A stretch of 20,000 nt of DNA from Catajapyx aquilonaris (taxonomy: Eukaryota), in contig JYFJ02001577.1 in assembly GCA_000934665.2 (NCBI GenBank), forward strand, positions 55,646 through 75,645, in the 5' to 3' direction. The position numbers were made by a program, and so were the translations under genes. Shown here in pieces: positions 1 through 12,473 of the stretch; within the stretch, counting starts at the first letter, position 1, and the number at the start of each line of letters is the position of its first letter. The notes below the pieces were generated by a model. It was not told where the DNA came from and did not search any database. It saw only the letters and a program-made list of their open reading frames with translations.

Positions 1-2109
<2,109 letters not shown>

Positions 2110-2248
2110 TTATGCAAAGATTATGAAATTATCAAGATCACGTGGTGTTTATGGATTGTCCACCCACAAATCACAATTTTGTGTAAATAGAAATCATGAT
2201 CAGATCACTTTGCGCAGAGTGAGCTTACGTATAAGGCCTAAGCTAATA

Positions 2249-2941
2249 CAGGGTCATCGTTCCATTTTTAAAATCCTATCACTCAAAAACTTGCAGACGT
2301 ATCTGAATGATTTAAGTTTTGAAATACTAAGAAAGGTCTGCAGTTTTGGTTTCAGCTTAGTTTGTTTCGATATGAGCTCCATTCAATAAAAACCGGTATT
2401 CGGTCTCGTGCCTAACCCGCTCAATCATATCTGTGGAGTTACCGTTGCAATCCTATCCCGTAGGTGCTGTATATCTATGATATTTACACCACAGACATTG
2501 TTCTTGATGATTTAGATAAAAAAGTCGCCTCATCCATCAAATAAACCTGCCGTATTTTTTTTTATTTGTTCAGCCTCCCAGTGTGAGAAGTCTCCAATGA
2601 GAAGTTTCTCCACTAGCCCCTCCAGAAGCCCAGATTTTACCCCGATGGACTTTTTTGTGGAGATACATGTATGGCGAAAAGATTCAGCACCTTCAATGCT
2701 TCATCACCTACGGGATAAGATGTCAATGGTAACACCAGACATGCCTGAGCGGGTTAGGCACGACACCGATTACAGTATTTACATTTTTTGAGCGACAAAA
2801 GGAGCTCATATCGAAACCAACTATGGTAAGACCAAACCTTTCTACATTTATTAACATTTTACAACTTAAATCATTGAGATATCTCTACAGGTTTTCGAGT
2901 TACAGGGTTTTAAAAATGGGCATTCTTGTTCAATGACCCTG
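2249..2941. mobile_element. Tc1/mariner-superfamily (DD37D/maT-like) derived foldback element with a degraded transposase C-terminus
   Basis: Termini TA-CAGGGTCAT...ATGACCCTG-(AA). Imperfect inverted arms of ~220-240 bp (2249-~2470 vs ~2700-2941). The + strand remnant PSRSPDFTPMDFF...VTPDMPERVRHDTDY...ATKGAHIE resembles the WPPRSPDLTPLDFFLWG motif and the transposase C-terminus. Confidence 0.85.
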
Positions 2942-3287
2942 AATATGCGGCAACATTTCATCTGCAAGCTTTTGACAAAATAACATGCCAAGTGCCCTTT
3001 TCCGTTCAAATGTCAACTTTAATTTTCGAATTACAAGGATCTACAATAAGCAAAGGCTAAATCAGTGTGTTAAATACGTATTAAATAGCCTACGTATACA
3101 TTGCAAATGATACGGTGAATAATTGACGTCTGACCTTGGATGCGAGTTTTTTATGCTGCTCATTGCCAGTGCCTTTAGGTCAGCTACAACAACAACAACA
3201 GCAACAATATAATCCCTTGATTTGATCCACATGGGCTTGAAGGCCAATCAAAGGAAATTCTCCAATATATTGTTCACAGGTATTCAC

Positions 3288-3435
3288 AATTTATTTATTT
3301 ATTTATTTATTATTATTAATGTAATTATTAATTTAATTTTGTCGATTTCATTTTATTAATCTAATCTAATCTAATTTGTCTATTTTAATCTAATCCAATT
3401 TAATTTATCTATTTTATTTTATTATTTTATTTTAA
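3288..3435. repeat. AT-rich low-complexity tract ((ATTT)n, (CTAAT)n)
   Basis: Directly visible: atttatttatttattt..., aatctaatctaatctaat, ttattttatttt. Confidence 0.8.
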
Positions 3436-6400
3436 CTGGAGTTGAAACACCCTGATATTAACCTCAAAAATATTACAGTTCATGGATTTAAAATGCTTAT
3501 CAATAATAATATACCGGTACAGTATTTCTGGCTAGAAAAAACTGAGAGTATTTTGCTAACTTATTTTACTATACCACAATTCATTCATTGTAATATCATG
3601 TACTGTATACATAATTATACTGTGTTAACAAAAAAGGTTTCCCACATTTTCCAACTCTTAATTATTTTTTTCTGGTGGCAGAGTTAATGGGAACCCTGCG
3701 TGCTGCCTCTTCTGTGTCAAAGGGAATGACCCCCTAATTGTATTAATTCAACAAATGAAGCCGTCTGTTTCTCGGGAGCTTAATAAGGGAAAGTTAAGGC
3801 CCCCGGGAGAATTCTACGCGGATGCCGCCTTTTTAATTTAATTAATGCAGTCAAATTTGAGGGTAGGGAAAGGCAAAAATCTGGCCCGAGGTGGCTTTGA
3901 AGTGGTGACGTCATTCTGCCATGCAAAGCCTTCAATCAGTTGATAATTTTTGCTGGGGGATAAGTACAAATAAATCGGATTTGTATAGCATTTGGGGGGG
4001 GGGGGACGTGTGGACGGTACAGGTGTTGTATAGCAAGCCGCTGCATTTTATGTACTGTCAGATAATTACATGTTAATTCGAGCCATTCAGTATGGGGCGA
4101 TTTGCCACCCATGTTGCAGTTTCATTGTAACATTTAAGTAAGAGGTAGCGTTATACGAACAGATGGGTTTGTAAATAGGTTAACAAGATAGTGAAGTGTG
4201 ACCAGTTGGTTGCATTAAAACTTTTTTTTCCTCTCTTTCTTCCTCCCCACCTCCCTGACTCTCTCTCTCTGCAAAAGTAGGAGATTGGCGGAAGAGTGGA
4301 AGTTATGAGGGTGATTTAGTGTCGGCGCCTTGCCCGTGGCGTGAAGACGGGTGGGAACAGCATCCCCTCCATCGCTCATTCGCCTAATGTGATGGAGAGC
4401 CCTTGCTACATTGTTGGGGAGGCAGGATGGGGGTGTGGGTGGTGGGTGAGAGACCCTCCCAGCACTACAATTAATTAATGAAGTGGGCCCCAGTCGGGTG
4501 AAAAAAAAACCCTCTGCGTAGGTCCCAGTGGGGGTATTAACGCGGACAACAGCGTATTTAATTCGTCCTGAATGCCGCATGAATTTGGGATTAATTTAAT
4601 TCCATTACTGTAATGAAGATACAAAATAGACTACACGTATTCCCTGAAGTGAAGTTAGCGTTTTGTGAGTTTTACCCTTCATGAAGGGGGGAAAAGGAGG
4701 AGGGAGGTCAATTTGGGTAAATGCGTCCCCTAGGCAATTCCCTTAACCTGCTGGCGTTACGAGAAAAGTGATTTGACGGAGGGCTATCCAATTGGGGGAT
4801 CCAATTTGCATGAAGGTGTTGGGCTTCATTAGTCCGCTGAAGAAATCAAATCATTTTCTTGCAGAGGTGTCGCCCCCCCCCCCCCNGCCACAAAAGCGGG
4901 TCCGGAGCAGGCGATTACTGCGAGTGGAGCAGCGCAAATTGTTTCTTCCGACTCTGTTGGGGGAAGGAGGAGAGGAGGGTGGGGGAAGGGGAAGGGGGGT
5001 CCAGGTTGAGACTTGTAATGGATCCTCCTCACTCGCTCTTTGTGCCAATTGGACTCGAAAGAATGCCATTAGGTGCCTAAGCCTTGTTGAAATATTTGTG
5101 AGGGCGCCGAGCAGGCTTCATTTACAGCTAGGGCCTCTGTAATGAACGTGGGATCAGGTCTGGTTTGGCCGGAGGTAGTCACTTCAAAGTGGGTTAGGTC
5201 ACGATCAGAGGATGACCTTGGGTTTTGGTGGTGAAATCATGGATTACGACAATGACTTATAGGGAAGTCTGAAGATAACAACAATAAGATCTCAGATTAT
5301 GCATAATTAGACGGTATTATGCAATAATGTGTCAACCCACAAAAAATGTCAAAATAGAGTTACGCCCAGCAATATATTCCCAAATTAAGCTGGCGTAATC
5401 TGCATACTACTGCCATAAATGACTGAAAAGGACACTGACATTCAAAGTCCTTCTTCTCAAAACTGTTCTCATGTTGGTTGACTCATTATTGCATAACACC
5501 GCCCAATTTGTTTTGAAGCCACCGAGCCTTAATTAAATAAAAAAAATTACAAATGCTGTCCACCCTTTTGCAATTGATTTTCGACTGCCATCCTAACATG
5601 ATGCTACCCAACAATTCATGCATCACACGTGAAAATGAGCTCGTTTTTCTGCCAGCTGGACACAAAAATTGAGGTTGTTTCTCTCTGCGGACAGATGTGT
5701 TAAATAAGAGGAATGGGCAGTTGCGTCACAATCTGTGTCAAAATACACGAGGTGAGGTGACACAGAGCTGAACGTTTTCCAAAATTGGTCGAGTCAGGGA
5801 GCCACCTACGTCGATTCAAATATGAACAAAAAAGGGTGTCGTATTACGTTTGATTTCATTTTGTCAGCCTTTGTTACACTATACACACGTTGGTACCAAT
5901 GAAACGAAACTAGAGCGATGCTACTGAGCATGCCCAATACCCGCAGCTAGAAGCCCCCCCGTTGAAAAATAATTCAGGAAAGGGCCCCATCAGAGCTAAT
6001 CTATGTCCCGGCCCATTTTGGTCCAGGCCAACCGACAGGCCTAAACAATAATTTACAACAACCCGCAAGCCCCCATTTGACAAAGCAACAAATAAAACCA
6101 CCGGTTTTAAAAGTTTGTGATTTTTACGCCCCGTTGGACATCCCCCCGGGTTGGACATCAGCTGAATGATTTATCCGGGGACGAAATCAAATCCGGTGCT
6201 TGAGGGACCGGGTTAATGCCAGGCTGTAGGGAGGGGACTATGATGAAAAAATATTAAATCAGGCGAAGGGGGGGGATGCTGCAAGTTCTGGTTAAAAGAG
6301 CCTGGGTTGCAACAGCTCCCGGAGGAGTCCGGCAGCCAACCATGTCTGAGCCCTCCCCCCCTCATAACGCTCCAGCACCAGCCCTTCTCCTCCTCCTCCT

Positions 6401-7079
6401 CTCCCCACCCACGACCCTCTAACAAGTGCACACTTAATTACCTTGCCAAAGCCCGCAATTAGATCAAATTAAACCTGGACCTGCAACGGCCTAACTGCGC
6501 ATCCCAATTCAGGAGTTAGCATCCAGAGGGGGGGTTTTTTGCAAGCAGAAAAAAGGATATAGGCTGGGAGGAGTATATGCTGGGGATTGCCCCAAGATGA
6601 CTATTTTCAGGGAGCACCCAAACCCATACACAAACACACAACATAATACGCGATGGGTAATATCTGCAGGATTATTATTTTTTTTCTGTAGGGGGTTGGA
6701 TTAGGTGGTTGCAAAAACTGGTGAAAACAACTTGTGATGTAGCCTGAATTCGAGCTGTTGTTTTCAATATATTTTATTAAAATAAGGTATTATGGACAAT
6801 AATTTCTTAGGTACCAGTACTTAGATAATTACGCTACATGTCAATGGGGATGTCGCTCATGCCTGAAAAAATTTGCAAAATTGGACTGTTTCCGTAAGAT
6901 TCATAAATGACGAAAAGCTATTGAAAACATTGTTTTGGGGAGTAGGCCTAAATAAAAATTGCGCAGAAGAAAATGTTTATGATTAATTCGAGCTCCGTCA
7001 CAGGCATGTTTCACAGTATGTTTCCTATATTCCAATAAATTTTATATATTCTATAAATTCTACGAAATTTCCATATTAA

Positions 7080-7178
7080 TTATCATATTAAAAGCATTAC
7101 TTCGAAATTTTATTATCATATTAAAAGCATTACTTCGAAATTTTATTATCATATTAAAAGCATTACTTCGAAATTTTA
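7080..7178. repeat. Perfect 33-bp tandem repeat, 3 copies
   Basis: TTATCATATTAAAAGCATTACTTCGAAATTTTA at 7080-7112, 7113-7145 and 7146-7178. Confidence 0.95.
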
Positions 7179-9128
7179 GGCTTTGTTTTGAACCAGCTTT
7201 TGTGGTCAAATTATGTCATAATTGAGGTGTTTGAATTTTGTGATTATGTATGAACTTCTTCAATTTATTGAATGCAATACCATCATAAATAAAGTTCAAT
7301 GAAAAAGATATTGATTCCAATGCCGATTTTTTCCTATAAACATTATCTTTAAGAACTATTTGTTATATTCTACTTTGAAACTGAGATTTTGGGAGAGTCT
7401 AGTAGAGAGTAGGCTTTCCAGCCGGGATCCTAACTCTCTAATTTGGGCAATCGTATGCTGGGAAGGATAGCCTACTCGAAAAAAATTAATTTGATCTACT
7501 AAATATGTTACATTCATTTTCAAGAGGTGCATGTTTAAAGCAATGGTTTCAATAACTGCTTCAATTATGATGGCCTGAACGAATAATGAATTTACACCTG
7601 TGTTGCCACGTGTGTCTAGGTGCATGAAAATGTGCCTTGTCGTCTACCTCGTCCCTAAGACATTTTTCTCTTCTACGTTATCGACTTGTTTGGAGCCAAC
7701 ATACACATTGCCGGCTAATAAAGAGACACTGCATTTGAAACCCTGCAGTGCGCATTGATTTCCAGCACATCCACTGCCCCCCCCCCCCCCAAACTTACAA
7801 GCATTAACTGCAGACATTCCCTATACTCCTGATGCATCCTGAAATTGCCAAAAAACCCTCCTTAGGCGCAGTATCCTAGGTGAATAAGACCGTCAACAGG
7901 CTCATCCACTCAAGTTCATCAGTCCTTACGTAAGCAAAAATGTACAGGGTGTTTCTTAGTAATTCAATTTTTGTACCTGATGATTAAATATTAGGGGAGG
8001 GCTCGAAGGATGCTTGTTAGTAATAGCGATGGAAAGGAAAATACTGGATGTAAAAAAACAAACTTTTCCTGGCTATATGGAAGAGCGCACGCTTTGGGGC
8101 TGGGCAAACGAGCAACTTGCAGTCATTAGGCTAATTAACCGCTTGTGACAGGAGGACTGTGTGTGGCCGGCGGCGGGGCTTGGGGGCGGGGTTTTCAGTC
8201 CCCCCGGGCTGCCAAAGCCATATTTGCCAGGGCAAACATGGCGGATGCTTGCTTGCCTTCTGACCAAAAAGAGATGGGAAGGGAGGGGGGGTGCGCAAAA
8301 ATATCTTTGCCCTTTAAAAAAAAAAACCGGCCCCTTCTAATCACTCCTGGTGTGGAAAGACTTTGGAATTAGTTAACAGGATCACAGGATTGCACCAAGA
8401 TTTTTTTTAATGTAAAGATGTGGCAACGTTGAGGGGGGTGAAGCGAAGATGAGAGGGGGGAGGGGGTTGAAACAATGTGGCAACGAGGGGCTAGATAAAT
8501 TGGTAACAAGATTTAGTTCCGGTGCCCACAAAGGGCAATTGGGTGCAGAATTGCATGGGAGTGCTTGGTAAATACGGTTCAATACAATCAACATTTGGTT
8601 GGTTTGAATCCGGCGTGACTGCAAAAATTCGGAAGGATTTTGGGTTGGCTTTGCCAGGACTTGCGATTGCTGCAAAAAAAAGTACAGAATATTTTGGCAA
8701 TATTATTGAGAAATTCTTGTTCCTGATATAATATTGAGGAATGGTTACTTTTTTATCAAAATTAATATTCGCCGCATTTTTCTCAGCATATTTAATATGC
8801 CAATATTGATGGCAAATCTCTGATGTAAAAATGGCAGAAAATTTAATAATGCTTATTTCTACTTCCCGAAAATGTTTAAGCAGCTATAACCAATCACATA
8901 ATTAATATTCATCTGTTAACTTACATGCCAATATATTAATTAATATTATTACTGGGTCTGTAGATTGAATTGTTTACTGCTATAATAGTATTAACTAATT
9001 ATTGATAATTTTCATGTTAATGATAATTAACGGCCAATAAGCGGTGATTGCACTGGGCGATAATAGATAGCATAAAATATAGCTATGCATATTATTAAGT
9101 AAAATGTGCTGTGCAATGGTGTCAGTAC

Positions 9129-9366
9129 GGGCAGGTACTTATTGGCTTATTGCTACAGATTTCTACCTTTGAGGTCCCTGGTTTGATCCCCGGATTGGAC
9201 AGAGGGACTTGTCATGTCGAAAGAATTTCGATTCGTTCTCTCGGTGTTCGCGTAGGTTTTCTCTGGGTAGGCCTACCCTCGTTTCATCCCACATTTCACT
9301 ATCTATCATCAGAGCGGGAATTGAGTAATGACAAAATTTAATAATAATAATAATAATAATAATAAT
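9129..9366 (+). mobile_element. Degenerate tRNA-derived SINE with a V-SINE-like central domain and (TAA)n tail
   Basis: A-box-like TGGCTTATTGC (~9143) and B-box-like GGTTTGATCCC (9180-9190). The core gttctctcggtgttcgcgtaggttttctctggg...gtttcatcccaca resembles the V domain (TTCTCCCCGTGTCTGCGTGGGTTTCCTCCGGG...GGTTTCCTCCCACA). About 9 TAA units at 9339-9366. Confidence 0.75.
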
Positions 9367-10018
9367 GTTTTGAATGATCTTTGTGCTACAAAATGCAGCA
9401 TGCTCCGGTTCATAAACAGATCACATACAGTATTATGTATCTTTGTTAGAATATTTTGTCATGACAGGAAGCGTCAAATTCGCCAGCAATTACATTTTTA
9501 CCTAGAGATGCATTGACTGCGTAATTGACATTGTCATGCCACTGCATTTGCACATGTTCCGCAATTACGAACGAGCCTTAATTTAGCAAACTCTACCACT
9601 TATAATCCGCATTAACTTTTTTTTTTTTGGGCCAAGTGATTGAAGACCCTCATCAACATAGGTTTATTGAGCCATTGATGAATATGACGCATCAAATTGT
9701 GAACTAATAGTAATTGGTGATTATTGGCGGAATGACCAACAAATCAAACCCTCATTTTACGTCAAGCGATCCCGAAAAGTTCGGATTGGAAAACATAGAT
9801 CCATCGAAATGAATATTGTTCGGACACCTTTGGAAGCCTCTCGCACCTTCGGGAATAATGTCAAAAATTGGGAGAGGGGGCGAAGTCCATTTCTTTTGAC
9901 AAAGAGTAGGTTACACGCCAGTTTTTCTTTCTCAAAGTTTTTCTTTGAAAACGATTGCTGCTGGATGAGTGTGAGGGGGGGGGGGGACAGGATACTATAT
10001 ATAGAAAGAGAAGTAAAC

Positions 10019-10023
<5 letters not shown>

Positions 10024-10046
<23 letters not shown>
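10024..10046. repeat. (GA)n microsatellite, ~11 units
   Basis: Directly visible. Confidence 0.95.
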
Positions 10047-10050
<4 letters not shown>

Positions 10051-11126
10051 TGTCCATTTCTGGGGGTCCTAATGTGGGCGGGCGGGGATGAAAAATGCCG
10101 CCTTGAGGGTTGAGGCCAGGAAGCCTGACAAATGCTGGTCAATTTTCGTCCTGACAATGAGTGCCCATTACCTGGACCCAAAAAGTTGGGACCAGTTCGG
10201 GTTCATTTGCGGCTTCGGATGTATTTGCGGAGGGGACCTTTGAAAGGACGGCCTGTCAAGTCTTGATGGCCTGACATCGGAAAGATGAAGGGTCACACTG
10301 CGTCACACACGTGCAGGTGGAATGAGCACCTGGCACTTCAGAAAATTGCGCAGTTGGTACTGAGCAATTCAGTCTACCAGCGATTTGCGATATTTTGCAT
10401 AATAAGGAGCCAAAAATAGCAAGATAATTACGGACGGTTGTTAAAAATGAACGTGAAAAAAAATCTTCCAGTGAAGGTACAGTACATTAGATTGTGACAA
10501 ATATTTTTGAACAACTCGTTTCAAGAAAACAATGTTATTATCTTGCTGACTGTGATCGTGAATTTAAAAAACGATGTTAATAATGCAGGCGTATGAAGAT
10601 GCGTAAAATGAAAATAATATGTGATTGATTCATGATATTGAATATTTCGTGATAATACGTATAGTAATACGCCAGAATCTTTGACACTTTTAAGATTTGT
10701 TGCGCAGTCACTATATTATGAAGCAAATATTGTAATATTTATTACTCCTCATTATTTCAGTAACATGTAGTGCGTAAATGTACCTGCATTTTATTGTTGT
10801 ATGACTGCAAGTATCAAAATTATGTGACGGTCATACTCTGCCATAGGTATTTCATTAATTTCGATTACGAAATGACAAGTTGGAGGCAATGTTTACTTAT
10901 CTATGCAACCCAAATAAGCATTAAACGTGTGCATATCGGTTCTGTTTCAGTGTCCTCTACTTCCAAAATGTATGCTTACTTTCCTATGGATCAGCAGAAT
11001 ATTTATTTCAACAATATAATAACAGAAAAAGCACTTATCAGGCCCGCGGATATTGCATATTAAATGAAATATAATGAAAATCGTAATTATTAGGGGCATA
11101 ATTAATTTTTTTAAAGTATTACTGTA

Positions 11127-11230
11127 TACTATATCGCCCAAAAAGATAGAGACGATTTTGCATTTGACTCAAGTGCAACTTGCACTTGAATCAAATGCCA
11201 ATCGTCTCTATCTTTTTGAGCGATATAGTA
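11127..11230. mobile_element. 104-bp near-perfect hairpin MITE with flanking TA
   Basis: TACTATATCGCCCAAAAAGATAGAGACGATTTTGCATTTGACTCAAGTGCAA-C-TTGCACTTGAATCAAATGCCAATCGTCTCTATCTTTTTGAGCGATATAGTA. The arms pair with about 3 mismatches and one indel. TA at both ends fits a Tc1/mariner-type target duplication. Confidence 0.85.
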
Positions 11231-12027
11231 CATTCATTACACGAATAACTCTTTGCCAAGGCAAACACCAATACCTCTTTATTTTTATTATTTTGATATA
11301 ATTATACAAAATATTGCATTAAAAGTAACATATATTTTTGGAATAAATTTATTCTTTTAATACTGCGAAGCTTATTTGCAACATTAACGTGAATATGTAT
11401 CAGTACTGCATGCATACGATGTTCACATCTAGACGCATTATTTATTTTCAATACTAATTTATTGGAATCGAGCATCAAATGAACAGCATCAATATTACTC
11501 AGGTTTTTAATTGAGACGTGAATTAAATGTAACGCAGCAGCAATTAGTACATTAATATCAATAACATCGCCGATAAAATAACCCGTTTGGTGTGTGACAA
11601 CGGCAGGTGAAAACCCGTTTGGAATGGAGTTAAATTAATTTGTGATTTGGCACTTCATGTTAATAAAATTTGCCACATTTAATCCTGTCATCCAGCGCAA
11701 TGCAAAAACGTGGGAATTATGAGGCATCAGTAAAATTAACTCAAATCAGTTGTAATACAAGTACTTTTTGCCTCTGCTATTCTGGAGCCTACCAAAAAAA
11801 ATGCGCATTTCGATAAGGTCGTGTTTTCAGACAACTTGAATGAAAAGACAACCTTATCGGAATGTGTTGATGGGTCTTTTTCAGTAAAACGATAACACTG
11901 TATAATGTATATCCGTAATGATACCACTCCTTTTCACTGGCGGAATTTACCGCTTCTTTTACCCCACTGGAAATCTTGCTTAATAGCAGCCCCCAAAAAA
12001 TCCCGAAAATTCCAAAAAAATGCTGAC

Positions 12028-12388
12028 CTCTGGTCTTGACCTCGTCCCGGTCGACCTCCCTGTGAGGGTCCTCCTCCGGCTCCTTCTTCATCTCCTTGCT
12101 GGCGCTCCTTGGAGGTGGTATGGTCAGCAGCAAAGGCGGTGCCGACAACGCAGGAGGAGGCAGCACCAACGGCAAGGTGGTCACCTCAGGTCTCTTATTC
12201 AGCAGGTCAGGAGGTGACCCACGAAGCAGGGTCACCAACGGCAACGGAGTGTCGGACCGGTCCATCACCACAGTCTGCGGGGGTGACCTCAGAGGCCTGC
12301 CGGACATTGACGATGTTGAGGACGATGTTGAGGACGAAGACGACGAGGAGTCGAAGGACTTGGATACAAACTCGGTCAGCTTTTCCAT
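12028..12388 (-). CDS. shox: SHOX/SHOX2-family homeobox gene, first coding exon (120 codons + 1 nt)
   Basis: Translation starts MEKLTEFVSKSFD, closely matching the vertebrate SHOX/SHOX2 N-terminus MEELTAFVSKSFD. The ATG is in strong Kozak context (GCC ATG G). The donor AGA G|gtcagc at 12028/12027 is phase 1, matching the phase of the homeobox exon acceptor. The donor is weaker than consensus, so the 3' boundary is less certain than the start. Confidence 0.88.
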
Positions 12389-12410
12389 GGCTAATAATTT
12401 TTGGGGAGGG

Positions 12411-12473
12411 TTATGTAAGAGGAGCGTCGTTGGCGTCCGATCGTTCCGGCGCGCACCGACGCTTTGCCGCCAT
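12411..12473 (-). promoter_or_regulatory. Upstream ORF (20 aa, MAAKRRCAPERSDANDAPLT*) in the putative shox 5' UTR
   Basis: ATG in GCC ATG G context at 12473; TAA at 12413-12411, 22 nt before the main ATG. Assumes this segment is in the mRNA. Confidence 0.55.

Noticed and set aside
2597..2791. 64-aa ORF as a functional gene
   Set aside because: Frameshifted transposase remnant inside the foldback element.
7080..7178. 33-bp repeats (and the 28-bp repeats at 18841-18967) as a CRISPR array
   Set aside because: No unique spacers, no cas genes, and the context is eukaryotic.
7943..7955. Tc1-like terminus TACAGGGTGTTTC, complementary to GAAACACCCTG near 3444-3454
   Set aside because: The two face away from each other 4.5 kb apart and are too short to define one element.
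11789..12027. Continuation of the 199-aa ORF past EVKTRG
   Set aside because: Composition turns AT-rich, the translation has no recognisable similarity, and a phase-compatible donor lies at 12027. This is read-through into the intron.
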